DNA of 63,815 bases, filler included. It is 6 parts of 6 records of this genome, joined end to end, with 100 filler letters (N's around TTAATTAATTAA, not from the genome) between each part and the next. Parts side by side here need not be neighbours in the genome. Positions count along the whole stretch, not along the records: positions 26,278 to 37,762 come from SRR20825010_1034; positions 37,863 to 49,145 come from SRR20825010_1035; 4 more parts are not named here. One strand, 5' to 3'. The notes under the pieces are model-generated. The model ran no database searches. It had not been told where the DNA came from and saw only the letters and a list, made by a program, of their open reading frames with translations. Of the stretch, positions 30,552 through 38,501 are shown in pieces. The translations under genes and the position numbers were made by a program. The first letter of the stretch is position 1. The number at the start of each line of letters is the position of its first letter.

Positions 30552-32054
30552 ATGGTCGAAAAGGTACTTGTTCTGGGTAGCGGCATTGCCGGACTTTCCA
30601 CAGCACTGGCATTGCATGGCAGCAACCGCGAACTTGTCATCATCGACAGAGACGCACCACCGCCGGACACATCAGCCGACGAGGCCTTTGAAGTCTGGGA
30701 GCGCCGCGGTGTCGGCCATGTGCGCCACAGTCATGCGTTTCTGGCCCGACTGCACAATATCATCCGCGACCAGCACCCTGCCCTGCTGAAAGAATTGCTG
30801 GATGCAGGCTGCCGTGAAATTCTGTTTACAGATCATCTCGCACCGGAAAAGCTGGTGGATTATGTCGCCCATCCCGGCGACCGCGACCTGACCATTCTGA
30901 CCAGCCGCCGCACAACACTCGAATTCATCATGCGCCGCTATGTGGCGGGCCTTGCCGGTGTGCGCTTTCTCAACAGCACACTGGTGCGCAGCCTCATCAC
31001 CGAGCCACAGGGTGTCGCTCGGAAAGTGCGCGGCGTCACGATCGAAAACGAGAGCGGCACACAGGAATTGCTCGGCGATATTATTGTCGATGCCGGTGGC
31101 AAGAACAGTCAGGCGCTGGAATGGCTACGCGAAGGCGGACTGCAGATCGACGAAACATCTGCGCCGTCCGGCATTGTCTATTTCACACGCCATTACAAAT
31201 TGCATGACGGCGTGAGCGAACCCGCACGCACCAAGACACCGGCAGCAGGCGATCTGGGCTATATAAAATATGGTGTGTTTCCCGCCGATAACGGCTGCTT
31301 CTCCATCACGCTTGCGGTGCCGGAAGTCGAAATGGAAATCCGTCGCGCCATCGTGAAACCCGAAATATTCGACGGCATCTGCCTCGAAATTCCCGGCATG
31401 GCCAAATGGGTCGCACCCGAAACATCGGAACCGAAAAGCAAAGTCTTCGGCATGGGCGAATTGCTGGCCCGCTGGCGTCACATGGTGAAGGACGGCGCCC
31501 CGCTGGCCCTGAACTTCTTCCCCATCGGCGACACGGTGATCCGCACCAACCCGCTTTATGGTCGCGGCTGCTCCTTTGCTGCCGTGCAAGCCCATATTCT
31601 GCGGGATGTTCTGAATGAGACAAAAGACCCTGTCGCCCGCGCCCTCGCCTTCCACGCCCGTGTGGAAAAAGACCTGCGCCCCTATTACGAAGACATGCTG
31701 AAACAGGATGCTTCGGCCATCAGACGCGCGGCCAATGCGCTGACGCCCGGCTACAAGCCCAGCCTCAAAGGCCGGTTACTCCAAAGCTTCATTGACGATG
31801 CAATGATGACGGCTATTCGCGGCGAGACGCGGCTGGCGCGCGAATTCATGCGCGCCTTCCACATGATCGACGAGCCAGGCCTCTGGCTGAAAAGCCCGCG
31901 CAACATTTTCACGGTTCTGCGCTACTGGCTGAAAAGCAAGAAGAGCAAAGCGGACCTCTACCCGCCCAAGCTTGGACCGGATCGCGAGGATATGCTGAAA
32001 ACACTCGGCCTCTCGGCACAGGCGGATGTAGATCGCCTGAAAGCAGCGGCATAA
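30552..32054 (+). CDS. FAD-dependent oxidoreductase/monooxygenase (LasC-like epoxidase family resemblance)
   Basis: VLGSGIAGL, RRGVGHVRHSH, IVDAGG and IGDTVIRTNPLYGRGCS. Confidence 0.8.
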   Translation: MVEKVLVLGSGIAGLSTALALHGSNRELVIIDRDAPPPDTSADEAFEVWERRGVGHVRHSHAFLARLHNIIRDQHPALLKELLDAGCREILFTDHLAPEKLVDYVAHPGDRDLTILTSRRTTLEFIMRRYVAGLAGVRFLNSTLVRSLITEPQGVARKVRGVTIENESGTQELLGDIIVDAGGKNSQALEWLREGGLQIDETSAPSGIVYFTRHYKLHDGVSEPARTKTPAAGDLGYIKYGVFPADNGCFSITLAVPEVEMEIRRAIVKPEIFDGICLEIPGMAKWVAPETSEPKSKVFGMGELLARWRHMVKDGAPLALNFFPIGDTVIRTNPLYGRGCSFAAVQAHILRDVLNETKDPVARALAFHARVEKDLRPYYEDMLKQDASAIRRAANALTPGYKPSLKGRLLQSFIDDAMMTAIRGETRLAREFMRAFHMIDEPGLWLKSPRNIFTVLRYWLKSKKSKADLYPPKLGPDREDMLKTLGLSAQADVDRLKAAA

Positions 32055-32126
32055 AATTTCACCATCCCCTTTCGGGGAAGGCAGATAAAATCAAAACAAG
32101 AAAACTCTTTAGGGGAACGCCGACAC

Positions 32127-33101
32127 ATGACCAATTTTCCAAAGCCGCATTTTGTGCAGACAAATGGCATCAAGATGGCCGTCTATGAACAGGGCGACAA
32201 AAACGCCATTCCGGTTGTCATGTGTCATGGCTTTCCCGAAATCGGCTATTCGTGGCGTCACCAGTTGCCGGCGCTTGCCGATGCGGGCTTTCGCGCAATT
32301 GCCCCCGACCAGCGCGGCTATGGCCGCACCGGCGGCCCCAAGGGCAAAGACGCTATTCCGCTTTATGACATGCAGCACCTGACCGACGATCTGGTCGGCA
32401 TGCTCGACGCGATGGAAATCGAGAAGGCAATCTTTGTCGGTCACGATTGGGGCGGCATGGTCTCCTGGCAGATGCCGCTGCGCCATCCCGATCGCGTTGC
32501 AGGCTGCATTGGTGTCAACACACCCTTCCTGCCCCGCTCGCCGATGGACCCCATCGCCGCCATGCGCATGATGTATGGCGAGGACATGTATATTGTCTAT
32601 TTCCAGCAATATGGTGTGGCCGAAGGCATGTTCGACGCCGACGTGCCGCGCGCCCTGCGCTTCTGGTATCGCAAGACAGAAACAACACTGAAGGATTTCG
32701 ATGCCCTGCCCGCCGAGGAAAAAAACCTCTCCTTCCTCAAGGGCTTTGCCGTTGACGAAAACCTCTGGCCCGGCAAGCCGCTGCTGACACCGGAAGAACT
32801 GGCCTATTACGTCGAATGCTTCGAGGAATCGGGCTTTGAAGGCGGCATCGGCTGGTATCGCAATTTCACACGCAACTGGGAAATGACCGAAGGTCAGGAA
32901 CAGAAGGTCAATGTGCCCTGCCTGATGATCTCGGCAGCAAACGACTTTGTGCTGCGCCCCGAAATGGCGGACGGCATGGAGCAATATTGCCCCGACCTTG
33001 AAAAGCACGTGATCCCCGATTGCGGTCACTGGACACAATCGGAAAAGCCAGCCGAACTCAATGCGCTGATGACAGACTGGCTGAAACGCCGTTTCGGCTG
33101 A
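32127..33101 (+). CDS. Alpha/beta-fold epoxide hydrolase
   Basis: CHGFPE, YSWRHQ, APDQRGYG, GHDWGG, WYRN and CGHWTQSEKP. Confidence 0.92.
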   Translation: MTNFPKPHFVQTNGIKMAVYEQGDKNAIPVVMCHGFPEIGYSWRHQLPALADAGFRAIAPDQRGYGRTGGPKGKDAIPLYDMQHLTDDLVGMLDAMEIEKAIFVGHDWGGMVSWQMPLRHPDRVAGCIGVNTPFLPRSPMDPIAAMRMMYGEDMYIVYFQQYGVAEGMFDADVPRALRFWYRKTETTLKDFDALPAEEKNLSFLKGFAVDENLWPGKPLLTPEELAYYVECFEESGFEGGIGWYRNFTRNWEMTEGQEQKVNVPCLMISAANDFVLRPEMADGMEQYCPDLEKHVIPDCGHWTQSEKPAELNALMTDWLKRRFG

Positions 33102-33128
33102 AATTTCGCTCTGCATGATTATGCGACT

Positions 33129-33169
33129 ACACTCCCCGCAAAAATAGTTGCGGGGAGTGTTTTCGTTTT
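33129..33169 (+). terminator. Terminator-like hairpin overlapping the GH1 RBS
   Basis: 13-bp stem ACACTCCCCGCAA/TTGCGGGGAGTGT followed by TTTCGTTTT. Confidence 0.7.
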
Positions 33170-34390
33170 ATGGCCGATATCAAAAAATTTCTCTGGGGTG
33201 CAGCAATCTCTGCGCATCAAAGCGAAGGCAACAATATCAATTCGGATATCTGGCTAGCCGAAAATGTAACGCCGACAATTTTCCGTGAACGCTCGGGCGA
33301 CGCCTGCGACAGCTATCACCTCTATGGGCAGGACATTGCCATCGGGGCCGATATCGGCCTCAACGCCTACCGCTTCGGCATTGAATGGTCACGCATCGAA
33401 CCTGAGCAAGGTCACTTCGCCAGCGCCGAACTCGACCATTATGCCCGTGTGCTGGACACTTGCCACGAAAGCGGCATAGCGCCCATGGTAACGCTTAGTC
33501 ACTGGTCAATGCCGAGATGGTTCTCAGCACTTGGCGGCTTTGAGACAGACGAAAGCGTGGACCACTTTGCGCGCTTCACCGAAAAAGTTACCGAACGCCT
33601 TGGCCCGCTCATGGCGGCGGCCACAACATTCAACGAAGCAAATATTCTGCGCGTCATGCGTAATTCGCCGGGCTTCAAAGGCATGGGCGGCAGTCGCATG
33701 ACGGGCATGATGGAAGCCTGCGCCAAGGCTTGCGGCTCGGAGCGTTTTTCCAGCGTGCTGTTCTCGCCGCTTGAAAATATCGAGAGCAATATGATCAAGG
33801 CACATCGCCGCGCCTTCGACATTATGAAAGCCGGTCCCGGCGACTATCCTGTCGGCATCACGCTCGCGCTGTCGGCTGTGCAAGGCCTGGGCGAGAACAA
33901 TCAGGCCGACAAGGTGTCAGCAGACATTTACGGACCGTGGCTCAACACAATGAGCCATGCCGATTTTGTTGGCGTGCAATGCTACACGCGCCTGCTGATC
34001 GGCCCCGATGGCCCGATCCACCCGCCCGAAGACGCCGAACGCACCACAATGGGATATGAATTCTATCCCGAAGCCATCGGCATCACCCTGCGCGATGCCG
34101 CAGCCCGCACCGGCAAACCCGTCTATGTGACCGAAAACGGCGTCGCCACCGATGATGACACGCGCCGCGTGGCCTATATCGACATTGCCACCCGCGAAGT
34201 GCTGAAAGCGCGGGCGGAAGGCGTAGACGTACGAGGCTATTTCCATTGGTCCCTACTCGACAATTTCGAGTGGTTTCTGGGTTACGGCCCCCGTTTCGGG
34301 CTGGTAGAGGTCGATCGGGAGACGTTCCACCGGCGCCCGAAGCCCAGCGCCTATCATCTGGGTGCGATTGCCAAAGCGGATTTGGGCTAG
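33170..34390 (+). CDS. Glycoside hydrolase family 1 (beta-glucosidase-like)
   Basis: FLWGAAISAHQSEG, TFNEAN (acid/base), VYVTENG (nucleophile) and WSLLDNFEW. Confidence 0.94.
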   Translation: MADIKKFLWGAAISAHQSEGNNINSDIWLAENVTPTIFRERSGDACDSYHLYGQDIAIGADIGLNAYRFGIEWSRIEPEQGHFASAELDHYARVLDTCHESGIAPMVTLSHWSMPRWFSALGGFETDESVDHFARFTEKVTERLGPLMAAATTFNEANILRVMRNSPGFKGMGGSRMTGMMEACAKACGSERFSSVLFSPLENIESNMIKAHRRAFDIMKAGPGDYPVGITLALSAVQGLGENNQADKVSADIYGPWLNTMSHADFVGVQCYTRLLIGPDGPIHPPEDAERTTMGYEFYPEAIGITLRDAAARTGKPVYVTENGVATDDDTRRVAYIDIATREVLKARAEGVDVRGYFHWSLLDNFEWFLGYGPRFGLVEVDRETFHRRPKPSAYHLGAIAKADLG

Positions 34391-34573
34391 AATTCAGCAA
34401 ATCTGAACAGCATCAAACGCTTACAAGCCTGTCAGCCGCCTTGTTGCGCGGGCACTCTTTGGTTATGATCCGCCGCCGGTTTGAACGCGGCGCAGCATGG
34501 GCTAAACCTTCAGCTCAAACCTCCCCCGTGGCCGCCACCGGCGACACCTGACATAAGGCAAGGAAAGACACGC

Positions 34574-35950
34574 ATGTCGCAAGTGCTTGAGCGTGAAGAT
34601 TTGGGCGCGGATGCGGCTGTGGCAGACACTGCCCCCGCACCTGTTCTGCGCGCGCCGCTCAGCGGCTCGCGGCTGGAAGCAGCTAAGGGCGACCGGCCAT
34701 TGCGCATTCTGCTGCCCAGCTATCGCTCGAACCCGACCACAGGCGGCCAGGGCGTCTATATGCGCCATATCGCCAAGGCGCTGGCTGATATGGGCCACGA
34801 GATCGACGTGATTTCCGGCCCGCCCTATCCCGTTCTCGATCCGCGTGTGAAGCTCATCAAGCTGCCCTCGCTCGACCTCTATGCCAACCCGCACCCCATC
34901 AAGGCACTGCGGCCCTGGATGTTTGCCACGCCCATCGACCTCTTTGAATGGTGGAGCCACAATACGGGCGGCTTCTCCGAGCCTTACACTTTCTGCGAGC
35001 GCATGGCGCGCTATGTGCGCGGCACGGTGGATGATTATGACATCTGCCACGACAACCAGACGCTTGGCTGGGGCCTGCTGAAACTGCGCGATATGGGCCT
35101 GCCCATTGTCGGCACGATCCATCACCCGATCACGATGGACCGCCGCATCGACATCCAGCACGCCAAGACCCTGAGCCTCAAACTGCTCAAGCGCCGCTGG
35201 TACACATTCCTCGACATGCAGATCAAAGTGGCCCGCCAGCTTGATCCGCTGATTGTCGTCTCCGAAAGCACACGCCGCGATGTAGTGCGCGAGTTTGGTG
35301 TGAAAGCCGAGCGCACCCGCCTTGTGCTGCACGGCATCGACCACATCCAGTTCCGCCCCATGCCGCATATCAAGCGTCGCGACGACCTCATTGTCGCCTG
35401 CGCCAGTGCCGACGTGCCGCTGAAAGGCCTGATCTATCTGATCCGCGCCTATGCCGAATTGCTCAAGACCTATCCCGATCTGAAACTCAAAGTCATAGGA
35501 CGTCTGCGCGAAGGCAACACAACCGACGAACTGCGCGCCTATGGCATCATGGACAAGGTGGAGTTTGTCGGCGGCATCACGGATGAGCAGATCACCGAGA
35601 TTTATGCCGAAGCGACCATCGCGGTCTCGCCCTCAGTCTATGAAGGTTTCGGCTTTCCCTGCGGTGAAGCCATGTCCTGCGGCACGCCCGTCATTGCCAC
35701 CACAGGCGGCTCGCTGCCCGAAGTTGTCGGCGATGCGGGGCTTGTCGTGCCCCACTCCAACCCGCCCGCACTCGCCAAGGCGATTGCCACTTTGCTCGAC
35801 GACAAGGAAATGCGCGACCGCCTCGGCCATGCAGGCCGCGAGCGCATTCTCTCGCAATTCAAATGGGAACGCGCGGCGCGCGAAGTCACAGAAATTTACA
35901 GGCAGACAATTCTAGATGCAGACCATCGACTTCAACATTCTCGGGCTTAA
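34574..35950 (+). CDS. GT4 glycosyltransferase resembling mycobacterial MMP mannosyltransferase ManT
   Basis: SYRSNPTTGGQGVY, LPSLDLY, HDNQTLG, HHPITMD, ASADVPLKG and PSVYEGFGFPCGEAMSCGTP. Confidence 0.85.
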   Translation: MSQVLEREDLGADAAVADTAPAPVLRAPLSGSRLEAAKGDRPLRILLPSYRSNPTTGGQGVYMRHIAKALADMGHEIDVISGPPYPVLDPRVKLIKLPSLDLYANPHPIKALRPWMFATPIDLFEWWSHNTGGFSEPYTFCERMARYVRGTVDDYDICHDNQTLGWGLLKLRDMGLPIVGTIHHPITMDRRIDIQHAKTLSLKLLKRRWYTFLDMQIKVARQLDPLIVVSESTRRDVVREFGVKAERTRLVLHGIDHIQFRPMPHIKRRDDLIVACASADVPLKGLIYLIRAYAELLKTYPDLKLKVIGRLREGNTTDELRAYGIMDKVEFVGGITDEQITEIYAEATIAVSPSVYEGFGFPCGEAMSCGTPVIATTGGSLPEVVGDAGLVVPHSNPPALAKAIATLLDDKEMRDRLGHAGRERILSQFKWERAAREVTEIYRQTILDADHRLQHSRA

Positions 35951-36632
35951 AGACGGCCAGCGCACGCTCGACCTCGGCTGCGGCCGTGGTCGTCACGTCC
36001 ATGCCATGTATTACGCGGCTCAGTGCCATGTGGTAGGCCTCGACCTCGGCTTCGAGGATGTGAAAAACACGCGCGCCGGTTTCGAGCAATGCCCCGACAT
36101 GGACCCGCAGACAAAGCGGTCATTCTCGCTAACCGTCGGCAATGCGCTGGAACTGCCCTTTCCCGATGCGACATTCGACAAGATCATCTGCTCGGAAGTG
36201 ATGGAACACATTCCCGACTACAAACAGGCGATTGCCGAATGCGAACGCATTCTGAAGCCCGGCGGCACGCTGGCCATTTCTGTGCCCCGATTCTTCCCCG
36301 AATGGGTCTGCTGGAAGCTGTCGGATGATTATCACAATGAGCCGGGCGGCCATGTGCGCATTTTCCGCGAAAGCCAGTTGAAGGATTCCGTCGAGGAAAA
36401 AGGCCTGACCTTCTTCCATCGCCATTGGGCACACGGGCTGCACTCGCCCTATTGGTGGCTCAAATGCGCATTCGGCGTGAAGCGCGAGGATGTGGGCATC
36501 GTCAATGCCTATAAGAAGTTTCTCGAATGGGACATTCTGGAAGGTCCGTGGCTGACACGCACACTGGAAAAAATCGCCGGACCTCTGATGGGTAAAAGTG
36601 TTGTCTTCTATTTCTTCAAGGGGACCGCATGA
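35916..36632 (+). CDS. Class I SAM-dependent methyltransferase resembling MMP 1-O-methyltransferase MeT1
   Basis: MQTIDF, LDLGCGRGRH, SEVMEHIPD, PEWVCWKLSDDYHNEPGGHVRI, AHGLHSPYWWLKCA and GKSVVFYF. Confidence 0.85.
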   Translation: MQTIDFNILGLKDGQRTLDLGCGRGRHVHAMYYAAQCHVVGLDLGFEDVKNTRAGFEQCPDMDPQTKRSFSLTVGNALELPFPDATFDKIICSEVMEHIPDYKQAIAECERILKPGGTLAISVPRFFPEWVCWKLSDDYHNEPGGHVRIFRESQLKDSVEEKGLTFFHRHWAHGLHSPYWWLKCAFGVKREDVGIVNAYKKFLEWDILEGPWLTRTLEKIAGPLMGKSVVFYFFKGTA

Positions 36633-37711
36633 CCCACCTCACCTATGGCGACAAGATCCCTGAAGACCATTTCGACGGTGCCAAAGATCGCATCCTCGAA
36701 TTGCAGCGCACCAACGGCGCGATCCCCTGGTATGATGGCGGCGTCATCGACCCGTGGAACCACACCGAAGCGGCGATGGGTCTGACCGTCATCGGCGAGA
36801 CAGAACATGCGCGCCGCGCCTTCCGCTATTTGCAGGATACGCAGCTTGATGATGGTTCATGGTGGGGCCAGCTCGGCTCGGCTGTCCCCTTTGACGATGA
36901 AGCCCATTACAGCGGTGGCGAAGAAGGTGCGGGCAAACCGATCCGTGACACGAATTTCGCCGCCTATATCGCCACAGGCGCATGGCATCACTATCTCATC
37001 ACGCGCGACCGCAAATGGCTGGCCGATATCTGGCCGAATGTGGAAGCCGCGATCAAATGGGTGGTGGACCATCAAAGCCCGCATGGCGATATTCGCTGGG
37101 CGGCGAACGATCCGCACACACCGGAAAATGACGCGCTAATCACCGGCTCGTCCTCGATCTATAAAAGCCTCGAATGCGCGATCCATATCGCACAGGAGCT
37201 CGGCCTCTCCTCACATGACTGGCACGGCGCCCGCTTCCGCCTAGGCGAAGCCTTGCGCGAGAAGCCGCACCGCTTTGACCGCACATGGGAATCCAAAGCG
37301 CGTTATTCGATGGACTGGTACTACCCTGTGCTGGCAGGCGTTATCACGGGCGAAGCTGCCCGCCGCCGTATCGCCTCCAAATGGGATATTTTCGTTGCCG
37401 ATGGCAAAGGCTGCCGCTGTGTGCTGGACCAGCCCTGGGTCACGATTGCCGAAAGCGCCGAACTCACCATGGCATTGCTCGTGGCCGGTCAGCGCCGCGA
37501 AGCCGAACAAATGCTTGCATGGCAGCATCAATGGCGCGACGACAAGGGCGCTTACTGGATGGGTTTCCAGTTTGAAGAAAACGTCGCATGGCCGTCGGAA
37601 AAACCCGCATGGACAGCCGCTGCCGTTATTCTTGCAACCGATGCCGTGACGGGCGCCACACCGGCTTCACGGTTATTTGCAGAGCGTACGCTGGCAGAAG
37701 CAGCGGAATAA
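36629..37711 (+). CDS. (alpha/alpha)-barrel protein (usually annotated prenyltransferase-like) resembling MMP hydrolase MmpH
   Basis: IPWYDGGVIDPWNHTEAAM, DTNFAAYIATGAWHH, ALITGSSSI, RYSMDWYYPVL, PWVTIAESAEL and EKPAWTAAAVILA. ATGA overlap with the methyltransferase. Confidence 0.8.
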   Translation: MTHLTYGDKIPEDHFDGAKDRILELQRTNGAIPWYDGGVIDPWNHTEAAMGLTVIGETEHARRAFRYLQDTQLDDGSWWGQLGSAVPFDDEAHYSGGEEGAGKPIRDTNFAAYIATGAWHHYLITRDRKWLADIWPNVEAAIKWVVDHQSPHGDIRWAANDPHTPENDALITGSSSIYKSLECAIHIAQELGLSSHDWHGARFRLGEALREKPHRFDRTWESKARYSMDWYYPVLAGVITGEAARRRIASKWDIFVADGKGCRCVLDQPWVTIAESAELTMALLVAGQRREAEQMLAWQHQWRDDKGAYWMGFQFEENVAWPSEKPAWTAAAVILATDAVTGATPASRLFAERTLAEAAE

Positions 37712-37734
37712 GCGGCCACTTCATATTCTTTGTC

Positions 37735-37762
37735 GTCATGGCCGGGCTTGACCCGGCCATCT
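37735..37762. repeat. Alphaproteobacterial REP-like palindrome at the contig break
   Basis: GTCATGGCCGGG-cttga-CCCGGCCATC. Confidence 0.75.
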
Positions 37763-37862
37763 NNNNNNNNNNNNNNNNNNNNNNNNNNNNNNNNNNNNNN
37801 NNNNNNTTAATTAATTAANNNNNNNNNNNNNNNNNNNNNNNNNNNNNNNNNNNNNNNNNNNN
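37763..37862. other. Artificial contig spacer
   Basis: N44-TTAATTAATTAA-N44. Confidence 0.98.
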
Positions 37863-38171
37863 CCACTTGCAGATACTCCTTGGGTGACGGGCAATGAAGA
37901 GCGCCTGATCAAAATAGTCTTGAAAGGCGTAATGGGTCCTATTACGGTAAAAGGAAAAGATTACCCTGGCCAAGTTCCTATGACTCCATTCGAAGGCATG
38001 CTTGATGATTCTCAAGTAGCAGCAGTACTGACTTTCGTCAGAAACTCTTTTGGAAATCAGGCTTCAGCCATTTCTCCAGATTTGGTGAAAAAGGTAAGAG
38101 AAGAAATAAAGGATCACACTGGTTTTTATCAGCCTGCAGATTTGCTAAAAGCACATCCGATGGAAAAGTAA
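37863..38171 (+). CDS. C-terminal cytochrome c-type domain of a larger protein, 5'-truncated
   Basis: PLADTPWVTGNEERLIKIVLKG...VPMTPF...VAAVLTFVRNSFGN. The CxxCH motif would lie upstream of the break. Confidence 0.75.
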   Translation, partial: PLADTPWVTGNEERLIKIVLKGVMGPITVKGKDYPGQVPMTPFEGMLDDSQVAAVLTFVRNSFGNQASAISPDLVKKVREEIKDHTGFYQPADLLKAHPMEK

Positions 38172-38198
38172 TCCTTCGATAGGTTTAAAAAGTAATTA

Positions 38199-38256
38199 AT
38201 ACCGGATGTATGAGGTGTAATTTGAAATTACACTTCAGCATTCGGTGTTTTTTTTT
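38199..38256 (+). terminator. Long terminator hairpin
   Basis: ACCGGATG..TGAGGTGTAATTT/AAATTACACTTCA.CATTCGGT followed by a T9 tract. Confidence 0.8.
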
Positions 38257-38501
38257 GATGTAGATAAATCAAACCTAAGGGCGTTTATAACTCATTTTTT
38301 AATTAAGGAGGTGCAGCAGAGGAACTGAAAATTGACTTTTGTTGCTCACGAAATATTAATCTGACAATAGGTGTGCACAGGTGTGTCTTGTAAATAATTC
38401 ACTTTCAGGACAGTAGCTTAATTGGATAATAATACCTTTTACAAAAGATAGATCGGGTCCAGCCTGTATCTATTTAGAAGTTCAACCCAAAATTTAACCA
38501 T

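Noticed and set aside
36629-37711. True prenyltransferase/squalene cyclase (hopanoid-type) function
   Set aside because: No DXDD cyclase motif. The QW-like segment reflects the fold only, and the context fits a glycan hydrolase better.
38369-38385. AGGTGTG direct repeat upstream of susC
   Set aside because: Short, and no cognate regulator is present on the contig.
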